64,000 bases of DNA, from the NCBI RefSeq assembly GCF_006345805.1, contig NC_043005.1, positions 11,098,001-11,162,000 on the forward strand, in the 5' to 3' direction. Below are positions 10,933-24,922 of the stretch, in pieces. A program made the translations under genes and the position numbers. Position 1 is the first letter of the stretch, and every line of letters begins with the position of its first letter. Below the pieces are notes generated by a model. The model searched no databases, was not told the origin of the DNA, and saw only the letters and a list, made by a program, of their open reading frames with translations. Origin of the DNA: Octopus sinensis. Taxonomy: Eukaryota.

Positions 10933-11724
10933 TTATGATGACGCGAAAATTATTACTTTTGCTGTTGATACATTAATGGTAACCAAGACGACTAATGGTA
11001 ACCAATATAAGAATTACTAAGAAATTTGTATGTTATGTAAGACGATGACAATACTATTTTCACTTCAATTGGTCTTTACATTTGAATCCAAGATCTACTT
11101 CGCTGTCATGGGAAGGCTCGAGATGCTCCTCCTTTTAGCTATGTAAAGTGGCTAATAAAAAACTACTGTGGGACAAAGTTCACCGAAACTTAAACAATTT
11201 TACCGCAAAAAGCTTCAGAGAAAATGGCTGTCACGGATAGCATTTGTTACTCCCTTTCTTGAAGTGCGAACCGATCTTCTCGAAATGCTGAGGACCGGCC
11301 AGATATGCCATCTGTGAAACCGATAATTATGTAGACAAAGTACTAAATCATGAAACTATCGTATATCTCCACAGGTAACTGAATCAATGGTAGAGTATAT
11401 TGTTCCAGTATTTCTAAGTAGTCGTCGAGCAACAAGTCGTTCTTAACGCGATTAAGGAAAACACCAGATACTCTCATGTTAATATTATTGGTGATATTCT
11501 GGAGAGAACATGGAATCATCAACAGTAGGCTGATATGGAAATAGAACTTCTTACAAGATGCGCAGGAATAATTAACTTTAATCGCACACAAAATGATTTG
11601 TTTTAACGGCGCAGAAGCCACCTTCCAAGTATCGCATATACGATGCTTGATGAGTGGACCAAGAAGTTATTTATGTCTGCACGCGACTATATTGGTATCT
11701 AAAGTAATTAACAAAACATTGTAC

Positions 11725-11930
11725 ACTAGCAGTATAAGCCAGCTTTGCCCGGGATTAAGTTAGGATTATTAAACTAGTCAAGTTCTTTATGCACCAAACT
11801 TTCAAACCAAACTAAGTAACATCGACGTCAAATTTGGGCGAAATCCGTTGAAATTGGTTTATATATATGGGCAACACACACACACACATACACACACGTA
11901 CGTACGTACACCTGTTGCATACATGTTTTT
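11725..11930 (+). mobile_element. Possible non-autonomous Helitron-type fragment
   Basis: Starts actagcagtataagccagctttgcccggg and ends in a CA/CGTA microsatellite; resembles Lep1-like ends (from memory). Confidence 0.35.
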
Positions 11931-12780
11931 GTACGCATACATGTTCGTGTGTGTGTGTGTTGCCCGTATATCAACATAATACTTTTTTCCTCGATGGAAA
12001 AACAACAACAAAAGCCTTAACAAAAACCTATTCGTCGCTAGAAGGGGACTTAATTCCGGTTTGCAAACAATGGTGATTCCTCCGACTTGAAAATTGTTAA
12101 GAGTTTTGGTTGAAAATTTAGTTTTACTGCTATTCGCTGGTGCCTCTGGGAAAAATAAGTTAGCTAAAACACAGCTAGCGTCACGATGAATGTCCTCCAA
12201 AAATTGGAGCGACGTGCGTGCTAATTTGTGGACGTGCATAAATTACATTCACGTACACACATACACATACACACTCACACATCCTGCCTTTTATATACAC
12301 AGATACTCGCTTACCAGTGATTACTTATACTTCCAGCTGCCAACGAGAATCATAACATTATACTTGATACTATTTAACCCTCCATGAAGACAATAACCCT
12401 TATATAAGCAACCACTCTTAAAAGTGAAACATACCCAAGAACTTCATTCGGAATGCCCCTCCTTTTCTTTTTCTTTTCTCTCCATATGGACTTTTGAATA
12501 TGCGTATTCAATTGTTCTTACACCATGAGGTCATTATGTGATTCTCTTATCTTAATCTCAATCATCAATAATATTATCTTCAACAATATTTTGATCAGCA
12601 ATAATCTTTATTGTCAATAATATTTTCATTATTATATTACTTTTATTATTTTGATCATTTTACCATTTTTATTATGAACGTTATTATTATCTCGGCTTGG
12701 TATTATGATCAATATTGATTTTATGAATATTAATGTCATTGCCAATAGCTTTACTGCCACTATAATGATCTTCATCGTCG

Positions 12781-12812
<32 letters not shown>

Positions 12813-12875
12813 ATCGCAGTCGTCGTCGTCATCATCATCATCATCATCATCATCACCACCACCACCACCACCACC

Positions 12876-12909
<34 letters not shown>

Positions 12910-12944
12910 TTATCTTCATCATCACCATCATCATCATCATCATC

Positions 12945-13830
12945 AGTTTGCGGTTAAGCTGCTGCATTGATGTTACCGTTTTAATTATGCTTCCTATCGG
13001 AACACCACACGTGGTCTGGGATGAGAAACATTTTTGTCCCTTCTATAAAAGTTGTTTTTTTTTGTTTTAATTAATTCAGTTGATATCGTCCTTTAGTTTG
13101 TATCGAAGAATTTCCAGATAATTCTTAGTGAACCAAAGAAACAGATTTTATACTCTGTACCCACACCCAGATTAAGAGGTTTAGCTTTCCAAGATTTGCT
13201 CTCAAATTCTTTGTTAGCATTTCCAAGGCTCAAAGATAACTGGCAGGATCATGACCTTCTTAATTTCTTTGTTCCAGCATTTGAGAACTTCTTAATTCAA
13301 CCTGGTATAACACTCTTCTTTTCCATTTTTCCCCTGATTCTGATATCAAATAGGATTGCCACGACAATTGCTAAACTTAGTTTCTTCTTAATGAAATTGC
13401 AATATCTCGTTTGTTGTGTTCGAATCCCCTTGCTGTTCCTATAAAAAGTCCAATCGCAACCTTAGTCCCTTGCGTTCAAGAACTTTCATTCTTGTTCCTT
13501 CAAAATGGTCACAGTTCCCTTAAGTGTATGTAAAACATAGCCTCTTGCAAAAATTGCAGTGAATTATTGTAGTAACTTTACCATGTCGACACTTTTCACA
13601 TTCGTTTTGAACTGTGTGCGTTCTAATATTGGTAATAGTCTCATTTGTGTCACCTCATTTTCCACATTTGGGAGAGCGGTCCTGCATACTTAGCAGGCAT
13701 ATGGCTAGTTCCACGCTCGTGGATCAGGCTTTGCTTCGAATAATTCAAGAAATAATTCACTCCTATGACCTGTTATTGAATCGCAAAAAAAGTCACCCCC
13801 CTCGTACTCTTTCTTCATGATACATCTTTA
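12945..13830 (-). mobile_element. Second, strongly decayed R4/Dong-type LINE C-terminus
   Basis: Frameshifted minus-strand pieces EGDFFAIQ*QVI, FEHNKRDIAI, ILPVI..LG, FGSLRIIWKFF; 3' end runs into (TGA)n. Confidence 0.6.
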
Positions 13831-14027
13831 AGCAAAGCCAATTGTCATCCCTTATCTCTTTTCTCTTCTTCAGAAACACTTAATAAATCTCAGCCCTCCT
13901 TTTTTCACATTTTCTTTTGAGGTCCGCCAACTTTGCCCTTCACTCAACTCCTTTAAAGGTAATTTCTTTCTCTTCTAAATAAAATCCTGACTTGTTTTCC
14001 CTTTTCATGCAACCTATTCAATGCTTA

Positions 14028-14250
14028 TTGTGGAGGCGCATGTCTTAGTGGGTAGGGTGTTGAACTCACGATCGTAAAATTGTGGTTTCGATTCCTGAAC
14101 CATTTATGCTCTTGATACTTTATGTTTTTGAGAAAAGCACTTCATTTCATGTTGCTCCAGTCCACTCAGCTGGTAAAAAAAGGGATAATCCTGAGATGAA
14201 CTGGCGTCCCGTCCAGGGACGCATATATATGCCAGAGAAATCTAAGATTC
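14028..14250 (+). mobile_element. Old tRNA-derived SINE related to family D
   Basis: tRNA-like head, then catttcatgttgctccagtccactcagctg and ggcgtcccgtccagg; similar degraded copy at about 28420-28620. Confidence 0.6.
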
Positions 14251-14654
14251 TCTTAGGGCTCTTACCATCCAATTATTAAAACACACATACGCTCTCACAC
14301 ACACACAGGCACAAACACACACACAAACGCACACACACACATACACACACATCTACAAACACAAAGTTATTTAAATTATCTATTGCTAAAATCCTAGATT
14401 ACCGAAGCAGACTTAGAGCAGAGGGGACTTATCATTGAAGAGGTCACAAATGGTAACGAAAGGACTTTGACAAACCAATCTGACCGATTAATCAAGTGAT
14501 TAATCAAGCAACGAATTAGTTAACTGGTTAAAGAGTTAACCAATTGACAAATAAATAATAAAGAAGTGAAACAGAATCAATACATGTATTTGCTATTGGC
14601 ACAAAGACCTTCCCGAGATACAACAAAATATCTGGGATTTCATTTTTCAGCAGT

Positions 14655-16960
14655 TCTTTGCGTGCCTTCATGCAATGCTTTGTATGCTATGTTCGAAATC
14701 GATATTTTGAGCAGTTTCCGATTCGATGTCCAGTCGGCGAATTAAGCCACCAAATAACCACGAGACACGTATGTTCTAAAATAGTTCTTTATTAGTTTAA
14801 ATCTATTGACTCAATGTCTGCTGAGACTAAGGTTGTAATTACTGTGATAGAAAAAACTGAGGGATATGCAAATATTTGTAACAATGCTTTGAAAACTGTA
14901 ATTGCATATTTTGAGTAAACGAATGGATTTAAGTCGTATTCCCCCAGAGTTGTAATACTGAACAATAAATTTTATGTTGGTTAATTCGTTTAAAAGTTCT
15001 TCGATATTTACACTAATATAGCAAATTTCTACAAATGAAACACAGATTGTAGTCTAAGAATTATCCATATAGTCATGTTTTTCCCAAGGAACGAAAAAGT
15101 ATGAGAAATTTTCTTGGTGGCTTCAAAACTTGTCAGATCGCAAATAATAAACTCGACATTGATATATAAACAGATGTCCAAAATAAGAATTTGTGCGGTC
15201 CCATCGTGTAGCTTTCATTATTTGATTGGTTCTCGTCAGAAAATTTATTTCGCTTCTTTCTGTTTAAGTGTATTTTAATTTTAATTAACTGGCTGTTAGT
15301 GACATATTTTGATTTTATCAGCAACGTGTCAAATTGATCCTGCAGTTTCTATAGATTTTCTCTGGTTCTCCACTTCATTATCAGCAGTGGTATATCTTGC
15401 TGATAAAAATCTGTTGTGAGTGTTAATGGGAGCAAGATTATCAAAAGAGATGGTTGAATGAGTAAAACTCGGAAATAGGAAGTGAATTTGATAGTTCTTA
15501 TTATTTCCTTTGCGGTTTTGGTATTAAGTTATATTTCAGAACATTCTGCTGGGTCATGTTCATACCATCAAGATTTGATGCAAGCGTTTTAACGCTACTA
15601 ATTTTACGTATTGGGTAGCTGACATAAATATAATGATTAACAGCCTCCGTGTGTCACAAGAAATCAACTTCTTTTTTTCTTTTTGGACTATAACAAATGA
15701 TACAGACGCTTTCAGTAGTTCCGGATAAGGTAACTACTTCAATCACATCATTATACTGAATCCGTGCCAGACAAATTAAATGTTTGGCATCAACATAGTG
15801 AGGGAATAGCGATAGAATTTCTTAAATACTCTTTGTATTTTCTCGTACATGGCTGACATCTTAGCTCAATCGTCATAGCCCTGACTTCGGCACCCTTCCA
15901 ATAGAATGTAATGTTGACTTAATGTTTTTTTAATAAGGTTTGTAATCTCGGGAACTGTTTTGTCTCGACAGCTTTAAAAAGATAAAAATCTCTCTTGAAT
16001 CACCTATAATTCATAATCTATCTTTTGAAGGTGACGTGTGATAAATATTATCTGTTCAACATGTGTAGAAGTAAGAGTTGCATCTACTATTATTGAATAG
16101 TATTTTGCCTTTGACTATTCTGTGAGAATGTTTTTCTAAACAAGAGGAGAAAGAGAAATAAATTCAGTTTGTGATTCAATTAACGTGCTTTCAGTTTTTA
16201 CCCTTTTCATGGCTTTCTTTGACCTTCCTGATATGAATTCCAGGTTCGGGATCCCGATGAGTAAAAGTTTAAACCAATCCAAGAAATTACTGCTGTAACA
16301 TCGCCACTCGGATAACAGACACTATGGAAATCCGAATCCCCTTTCAACCCAGATAAAATAATTTCAATTGGACGGTACAAAAGGTTAGCTCAGTTAACTT
16401 CTGCTTCAGTTTGTTTGTGCAAAAAATGTTCCATACGGTAGACCATCCATTCTCTGTTGTCAAAGCTGGCGAATTAACCCCGCCTTTCCCAAAGATTTGA
16501 CAGGATAAACAAAATATGGTTTCTATCTTGACACTCGATAGTAGCCAGTCTCGCTTAGTTATTTCACTGTTGTGATTCCTGTGTTTAAAAGTTACAGCTG
16601 AAAAATACTTCTCGCAGTCGCATGTAAATGTTTTGTGTAAAAGAATATGTCCTTTCCGCAATTAATTTTCAATGTTTTCTATACTCTATACATTAAATAT
16701 CCAATAACAAAGTAATGATGACTTTCATTTTGTTCTTCTTCATAACCTAGTTGAAATTAATGATATCCTTTTAATTTTTGTATGTGATTTCTTCGGCACT
16801 GTAGTTGGTTCATGACCAAACAGTTTTAGTCTAACGTTTAGAAGTAGTCCCTTTTGTTTTCTGCTTGTCGTTGAGCAAACAGTTCAGATTACGCTGATAA
16901 ATATTTATCCTTTAGCTTTCTTTTAGAAGTAGCACCCACATCCAGCAAAGACCTCTTTCT
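14655..16960 (-). pseudogene. hAT-superfamily (Tip100/ZMYM1-like) transposase relic
   Basis: Collinear minus-strand motifs: KRDWLLSS..IFCLSCQIF (TTF-type zinc finger), AKYYSIIVDAT..HVEQ..QERFL, CRSQGYDD..M (catalytic core), FKLIKNYFRT and IESETAQNIDFE (C-terminal dimerisation domain); many stops and frameshifts. Confidence 0.85.
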
Positions 16961-17184
16961 TTTGCGTCGTCGTTCATTTCTTGGTTTTATTTCTTTGCGT
17001 TTGTGATCCCAACTTGCTGCTGAGTATTATACAAGTATGAATGAAACATTTGTGGAAAATTGAAAGAATATTCGTGTGAATAACAACAATGATGAATATT
17101 TATAAACCTTATTTTCATTTTCTACATACCATCTCAAAAAACCTCCTCCTATCAGCTTCATATTACAATGTAATAATAATAATA

Positions 17185-17235
<51 letters not shown>

Positions 17236-17254
17236 GATGATGATGATGATGATG

Positions 17255-17303
<49 letters not shown>

Positions 17304-17305
17304 TA

Positions 17306-17800
17306 GGTGTAGGAGTGGCTGTGTGGTAAGTAGCTTGCTTATCAACCACATGGTTCCGGGTTCAGTTCCACTGCGTGGCACCTTGGGCAAGTGTCTTATG
17401 CTATAGCCTCGGGCCGACCAAAGCCTTGTGAGTGGATTTGGTAGACGGTTTCGATTTCCAAACCGGGCGTTGTGTATGTTTATTGAGCGAAAACACCTAA
17501 AGCTCCACGAGGCTCCGGCAGGGGTGGTGGTGACTCCTGTTATACTCTTTCGCTCCAATGTTCTCTCACTCTTTCTTCCTGTTTTTTGTCCCCGACTTCC
17601 TACGCAACCGCTGAGCCTGGATGCGCATTCAGCCATCCGTCAATGCTCTCGGTGTCGGGGGTTGACCTGCTTTCTCTTCTGCGGGTCTTCCGAATAGCAA
17701 AGGACCACGTTTCTAACTTCTCCCACTACAGAGGCGCGATCTTGCGAGCTCTGGGACGAAGACCGCTTCGCTCAACAAACAAACAAACAAACAAACAAAC
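17306..17800 (+). mobile_element. Chimeric SINE: family A head, family C middle, distinct 3' module with (AAAC)n tail
   Basis: A-type sequence to 17448 switches at a shared cgg into C-type ggtttcgatt...; after about 17590 it diverges from all C copies. Confidence 0.7.
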
Positions 17801-18208
17801 AGCAATAGCAACCTACGAATTAATGGATTCAAGGGAAATAATTCTTACTTACCCCCACTCCTAAAAGAAAAAAAAAAGGATCGCCATGATATCATGCACC
17901 CTTTCACACAACGTAAAATCTAATAAAGCAAGAGACTTCCAAGAGCACTTCCTTGCTAAGTACAGAAAACTCTTCAACTTCCTACATCCTCGTCCAAAAT
18001 TAAAACCACATGTTCATACGGGTATCTAAATACAAGTCCACTAGGAAGGCAAACCATGTAATGTAGAAGCGATGAGGTGGAGGTCATCAGAATACAACTC
18101 ACCCCAGAAGTAACACGGAAATGTTACGCCGTCATGAGAGAAAGAAATAATGACAATTAGACTCGGTTTATGCTACGCCTAGGTTCTGGTTCGGTTACTA
18201 CTTGAGAA

Positions 18209-18390
18209 GAGTGGTCCCGGTGCGCGCACTCGCGTACTCGCGCATCCGCACCAGCTAGTCATGACTAGTCGATACTTATTTTGTGCTTTTGTGTTTTATT
18301 TACTTTGGTAGGTAGTCGTTGTAGGATCGACTAATTACGACTAGCTAGCGCGGATGCGCGACTGCGCGCGTGCGCGCACCGGGACCACTG
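18209..18390. mobile_element. CpG-rich MITE-like hairpin with about 63-bp inverted arms
   Basis: gtggtcccggtgcgcgcac..cgcgcatccgc..ctagtc..tagtcgat pairs with atcgacta..gactag..gcggatgcgcg..gtgcgcgcaccgggaccac. Confidence 0.7.
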
Positions 18391-18569
18391 TTCGCTAGTA
18401 GTACCCTGGTTCGTGTTTAATAAGAAGGGATATGTAAGAGGAAACTTTTAAAAATATCCTTTTATGAGTCACTGGTGAAAGCAGTACACACACACGCAAC
18501 GCACACGCATACACACACATACACACACGCAACACACACACACGCGCGCGCGCGCACACACACACACAA

Positions 18570-18905
18570 TTCGGAAAGTACCACAACTGCCATGTGACCT
18601 AAAACCGCACCTGTTTCGTGCTACAGTAGAATCCGTTCTGCTCTACGGCTCTGAATGCTAGTCTCATGCGGTGGCCGAACAGCGATTGCTAGACGGCACC
18701 TACACTCCACTCAACTGCAGAGTAGAGCCTTTAACATCTCTTATGCTGACCGTATATCAAACAAATCCCAATGTGGATCTTTATTGTCTGTCAGCCAGAG
18801 AATCAAACGAAGACGGTTAAAATTCGCAAGCCATTCTTTTCGTCACTGCTGTTTTTTTCTATAACACCGTGAGGATGTCCAAGCCTGGTGGTGAGGCCCG
18901 CATGA
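18570..18905 (+). mobile_element. RTE-clade LINE fragment (post-RT region)
   Basis: LFRATVESVLLYGSEC*...LLDGTYT / RAFNISYADRISN...VSQRIKRRRLKFASH. Confidence 0.8.
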
Positions 18906-18938
18906 CGTATGTCCAGGCGTAGGCTAAAAGAAGGTATA

Positions 18939-19284
18939 GTGAAGGCGCATGGCTCAGTGGTTAGAGCGTCGAGCTTACGATCGTGAGGTTGTGAGCTCGA
19001 ATCCTGGACCGGGCTGCGTGTTGTGTTCTTGAGCAAGACGCTTTATTTCACGTTGCTTCAGTTCACTCAGCTGTAGAAATGAGTTTCTACGTCACAGGTG
19101 CCAAGCTGTATTGGCCCTTGCCTTTCCCTTGGACAACATCGGTGACGTGGAGAGGGGAGGCTGGTATGCATGGCGACTGCTGGTCTTCCATAAAAAACCA
19201 GCCTTGCCCAGACTTGTGCCTCAGAGGGTAACTCTCTAGGTGCAAGCCCATGGTCAGTGTCTGACTGAAGGGGGCCACAACAAC
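18939..19284 (+). mobile_element. tRNA-derived SINE family D (CORE-like middle) with 18-bp TSD
   Basis: A box tggctcagtggtt, B-box-like gagctcgaatcc, ttgtgttcttgagcaagac..cagctgtagaaatgag; aggctaaaagaaggtata at 18921-18938 and 19285-19302; 3' part homologous to about 37238-37430. Confidence 0.88.
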
Positions 19285-19441
19285 AGGCTAAAAGAAGGTA
19301 TATAATTTACTTACTCGTAAATCCAGTTCTGGAATAAATATTTCGTCAACTGTAAGAAAAAGTTTAGGTCCAAAGAAAGATCTAGCTTAGCAATACGCAG
19401 TTGCATCATTTACTCCAGAGGCCTGAAGTGAGCACATTATA

Positions 19442-19486
<45 letters not shown>

Positions 19487-19877
19487 TGTGTGTGTACATA
19501 CGCAAATATAATATATGTATATATGCATGTATTACTATGCTGGCGTATGTGTGTGTGTTTGTGTGAATGGTAAAACGATATACATCTGGAGAGAACAAAG
19601 AAAATTGTAACAATTATTTATAATTTATTCATATACATTTCCCGTCTGTGTCTGCCTCTCTGTCTCTCTATGCCCCTCTCTGCCTTTCTCTGAACACGTG
19701 TGCATGTAAATAAATTATAATAAATTATAATAGCAAAAGCTTAAGTTTTCCTGTTGAGTCGTTTGTTATAGAATTAGTGTTTATCAATGTCAATTGTTTA
19801 ACACATATCTCCGTACGTATGTATATGCTTGTATGTATGTATGTATGTTTATGTATGTATAAATCTACATGTGTATG

Positions 19878-19935
<58 letters not shown>

Positions 19936-20234
19936 ATATTTACACACACATACAGGCACACATTTATATTGAATTATTTTTTAGTTGATGTTTGAAGCAT
20001 TGCGACAAATATAATTTGAACCAATTTGAAAGCCAAATAAGGCGTTTAATAAAAACATTTTTATTCTTTATTTTTAAGCAATAAAATTGTTTTTATTGAA
20101 CGAATTGTTTGACTTCCAAATCTACTGAAACACACACACAAAACACACACACACACATACACACACACACACACACACATACACACACACACACAAACAC
20201 ACACATACAAACACACATATTTATGTATATATGC

Positions 20235-20313
<79 letters not shown>

Positions 20314-20549
20314 AGCGTGTATGGATGTATGTTTGTGCCAAATTTTCGCAAATCAATTCTTGGTAACGAGGCTGCAAAGGTCTAGAAACGACGGAAATGG
20401 ATTTAGAAACACTTCTGTTCCAAAAAAGAAAAAGTGGTAATAAGAAACAAAGAAAAATATAAACTAAAAAAAGATAAAATTTGAAAATAGTCGTGTTAGT
20501 CGCGTATTTAATGAAACATTCATAAAAGAAAATCTTTTCCTCACACACA

Positions 20550-20580
<31 letters not shown>

Positions 20581-20639
20581 AACAAACCAACAGACAAGCA
20601 CACAGACTTTAACATGTATACCTGAGATGGTTTGTATTA

Positions 20640-21025
20640 AGAGGAGCACTCCGTCGGTTACGACGATGAGGGTTCCGGTTGATCCGAATCAACGGAACAG
20701 CCTGCTCGTGAAATTAACGTGCAAGTGGCTGAGCACTCCACAGACACGTGTACCCTTAACGTAGTTCTCGAGGAGATTCAGCGTGATACAGAGTGTGACA
20801 AGGCCGGCCCTTTGAAATACAGGTACAACAGAAACAGGAAGAAAGAGTGAGAGAAAGTTGTGGTGAAAGAGCACAGCAGGGATCGCCACCATCCCCTGCC
20901 GGAGCCTCATGGAGCTTTAGGTGTTTTCGCTCAATAAACACTCACAATGCCTGGTCTGGGAATCGAAACCGCGATCCTACGACCGCGAGTCCGCTGCCCT
21001 AACCACTGGGCCATTGCGCCTCCAC
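20640..21025 (-). mobile_element. tRNA(Arg-like)-derived SINE family C, 11-bp TSD
   Basis: Head gtggaggcgcaatggcccagtggttagggcagcggactcgcgg; TSD ggtttgtatta at 20629-20639 and 21026-21036. Confidence 0.92.
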
Positions 21026-21385
21026 GGTTTGTATTAGTGTAGCTGTGTACAAACACTGGCATAATGATTGACAAATAAGGTTGTTGTTAAGGTGTTTAGA
21101 CAAGTTCCTGCATGAATCTACATTGCTAAGTGTAACCGATACTTAAATATATCTATAACATCTTAACTGGTTCTTTTCATTTCATAGTCAAGGAGCGTCA
21201 TTTACACCTTCGGACTATCAATTACAATTACCACGCAATGTCAGATAATTCCCAAAACAAATCTGCTAGGCCCTACTCACTTCCCTTTCCCAAGTGGGTG
21301 CATGAACTCATATTTTGTTTACGATTTATACATACACACACACACACACGTACGTACGTACATACGTATATACACAGATACATCT

Positions 21386-22343
21386 TTTATTCACCAAGTG
21401 TCGAAGTCCTTCACTTGACCAAGTTTGCATACATGAGGCTGATAACATTACAAGACTTGGAAGGCAGCTCCTTGAGCAACATTCTTTGTCTGATAACCTA
21501 GAATACATGCCCAAAGAAGTCTCATCGCAACGTATCATCAGATGAAAGGATGAGCCTATATGAGCAGAAAACTCTGCATGGATATGTTAGTAAAAAGCTC
21601 CAAGATTATAGTAACATTGATCATGGAAGCAGTCATAGACCAATAGCCGGATTACAACCTCCCACTTTGAAGGGTATGCGTTTGCAATCCAGAAAAGGAA
21701 ATATCAACCAAGTACCTGATGCATAAAAGGGATAGAGATGCAGGAAAAAGCAATAAAATATGATAAATGATGCAGACTTTGTGGAGTTAACACGGAAGAT
21801 ATCACAACATTAGCAGGTGTCCGAAAATGTCATCATGGTATTATCTACCGATGAGATATGTTGTTATAGCTAGGGTTCTCTATAATGAAATCCATCGGAA
21901 GGATAATCCCGAGGATAAAGAAATAAGAACCCACGGTATGGTAGAAGCCATAGCCACTTATAATAAAAAGGAATACTGGTGTAATGTACCAGTGAAAACC
22001 TCAATAAAATGTAAGCACAACAGATGTGATATAATGAGATAGAGAAGAGAAACTGTGCACAGTAGTGGAAATTAGCTGCCCAGCAGATGTTAACATAAAG
22101 CTGAAGATCAGTGAAAAAGAGAACACCTACGCTGAACTATAGAGAAATCTGAAGTTATTCTACCCAGATTACAAGTTCACGTTTATACCTGTAATTATGG
22201 GAGTCCTGGGATATGTAACACATTGCCTAAATGCCAATCTTGAGAAATTATGCTTCTCAAAATCAGAAACGAGCAAGCTAATTCGAAGACTACAGATCCA
22301 AACTATCACTGGAACTGTAAAAATATGTAAAACTTACCAGAAG
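21386..22343 (+). mobile_element. R4/Dong-type LINE: zinc knuckle and RLE endonuclease region (decayed)
   Basis: YEQKTLHGY..., EGYAFAIQ, CRLCGVNTEDIT, KCKHNRCDI..VVEISCPAD, IPVIMGVLG, LQIQTITGTVKICK; stops and frameshifts. Confidence 0.88.
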
Positions 22344-22344
22344 A

Positions 22345-22580
22345 AATACCTATTTCTTTACTACCCACAAGGGGCTAAACACAGAAGAGACAAACAAGGA
22401 CAGACAGACGGATTAAGTCGATTATATCAACCCCAGTGCGTAACTGGTACTTAATTTATCGACCCCGAAAGGATGAATGGCAAAGTCGACCTCGGCGGAA
22501 TTTGAACTCAGAACGTAACGTCAGACGAAATACGGCTACGCATTTCGTCCGACGTGCTAACGATTCTGTCAGCTCGCCGC
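22345..22580 (-). mobile_element. SINE family B
   Basis: Full head on the minus strand; ends aaagaaataggtattt. Confidence 0.9.
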
Positions 22581-22749
22581 CTTATACTACGGTAGATACC
22601 ATGAGAGACACTCACATATTGGCTTTTGGTGCAGAATGCACGCTTGTTTGTTTATATCGTCAGCGGGGAGATAAATGCTCACCAACTCCAGCGCCGAGAC
22701 CTCGAAGTAACGTTTAAGTGGGAATAAATATTACCTTATAGTATAAGAG

Positions 22750-23031
22750 GTGGAGGTACAAGGCCTAGTGGTTAGAGCAGCGGACTCGCGGTCGAGGAAT
22801 CGCGGGTTCGAATCTCAGACCGGGCGATGTGTGTGTTTATGAGCGAAACACCTAAGTTCCACGCGACTCCGGCAGAAGGTCATGGCGAACTTCTGCTGAC
22901 TCTTTCATCACAACTTTCGCTCCCGCTTTCCCCCTGCATCTCGCAGCTCACCTGCGACGGACCGGCGTCCCGTCCAGGAGGGAACCTTTTCGCCAAGGAA
23001 ACCGGCCCTTATGAGCCAGACGTGGCTCGAA
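22750..23031 (+). mobile_element. SINE family C2 (C-like head, different 3' half)
   Basis: Head like family C, then cacctgcgacggaccggcgtcccgtccagg...gaaaccggccctt..gagcc; second copy at 61141-61455 (-). Confidence 0.85.
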
Positions 23032-23939
23032 TACAATCTATAATAAAGATATTCAATGACTAGAACTGGTGATCAAATTCTTTCTTAAATGCTTACTTTG
23101 GAGTCGGTAGTCTGCTTCAGGTAGGAGGAAACGAATAGTTATTTGAACATATTTGAATATAGGAATAATAAGTCGTGCGCGTGAAAGTTTCATCTTGTTA
23201 CTGACTCAAGTGCTAATTATAAAGGATGAATTATATGACAACTCATTAAATACACGAATATGTATGTATTTATATATGTGTACGCATGTATGTATATACT
23301 ATACACATACATATAGATATATAGTACAAGCATACATACGTACACACGTACACATGCACAGACATATATGTGTGCATATACGTACACACATACATAGGCA
23401 CACTCGCACACAGACACACTTATTCGTACCTATGTTGGTATCTCACGTTGGCACAGAGCTAGAACGATATACCTGAGGGGTATAATTGATTGATTTGATT
23501 CCAATTTATGACCGGTGCTTAATTTACCGAACCCCATGAGATAGAAATGAAAGGCTAACTTGACGGCAGCAAGATTAGCAGTTGGAAATGTATAACAGAA
23601 TCAAATATTACAATCTATTTAGGTCTGAGCTTATCTGATTCTGCCAAATATACCTCTGCAGAGCTATAAAATATTTCAACTACTCTTAACATCACATTTT
23701 TATTCTACCCTGAGGGAGTCTCTCCCTCCGTGGTAGTCCAAATTTGCAGGAAATGGCAGTAAAAAAATCTCATCTAAAAAAAAACACGCCCTGACGTCTT
23801 TAAAAGGGAAGAACAAATTGGATAAAATATAGCCATGGAGTGGGAGCAAGAGGTAAGGAAAATGGGAACAAAAACGGGTGTGTTAATGGCTGGAATGAAT
23901 TTGGTCAGAGATCTGAAGGGTCATGGTCGACCTGATGCT

Positions 23940-23987
23940 AATCAACAGCAGCAGCAGCAACAACAACAAAAACAGCAACAACAACAA

Positions 23988-24038
<51 letters not shown>

Positions 24039-24078
24039 CACTTCTGCTACTACTACAACTTCTGCTGCTACTGTTGCT

Positions 24079-24114
<36 letters not shown>

Positions 24115-24288
24115 TTACTAATACTACTACTACTACAACCACTTCCGCTACTACTACTACAGCTTCTGCTGCTACTGTTGCTCTACTACTACTACTACTA
24201 CTACTACTACAACTACTACTACTACTACCACCACCACCTCCGCTACTACAACTACTACTACAGCTTCTGCTGCTACTGTTGCTCTACA

Positions 24289-24331
<43 letters not shown>

Positions 24332-24350
24332 TTACTACTACTGTAGTTTC
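23940..24350. repeat. (CTA)n/(CAA)n compound microsatellite with a recurring cassette
   Basis: cttctgctgctactgttgctct occurs three times about 100-120 bp apart. Confidence 0.9.
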
Positions 24351-24922
24351 ACCGACCTATTGCAATAAGCTTTAAATGAATCAGTCTGTTTTCCCCAGTA
24401 TGCTTGGTCAATCAGTACGTTTCCTCAAATCTCATCCTTCAGTGTTGTCGACAGTTAAAGTCAGTTAAAGTTAAACCTCCTTCCCCGTGTCCCCATCTTC
24501 CTCCTCCTCCTCCTCATCATCATCATCATAATCCTGATCCTCCTCCTCCTCCCTCTCGTTCTTTCCGATAAGTCGAACACTACAGAGCCTGCATGCACAC
24601 AAACGTATAATAGTCACTCAACAGACTATATTAAAAAATATGGAATATGAACTTATACAAACTGTGCCCCTGTTGATAAAGCTATCTAGGGGTTTAGTAG
24701 GGCAGGAGGGGTCTTAAAAACGAAAAAAACCCCTCTTATTTCTTATGTGTACTTCAGCGACATTTTAGGGAATCTTTCCTATCCCTATTCATATCTCTGT
24801 TTTATGGGGATGTGCGTATATTTAGGTGTATGTGTGGAGATGATTCCCTTTAATATTTTCCACATCATGCCTTGTTTATCATCATCTGTAATATTCTAAC
24901 TCTTTAATATTTTTGATATATA

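Noticed and set aside
11343-11621. 92-aa minus-strand ORF with a good acceptor-like site (ttctctccag)
   Set aside because: No recognisable domain, donor site or neighbouring exons.
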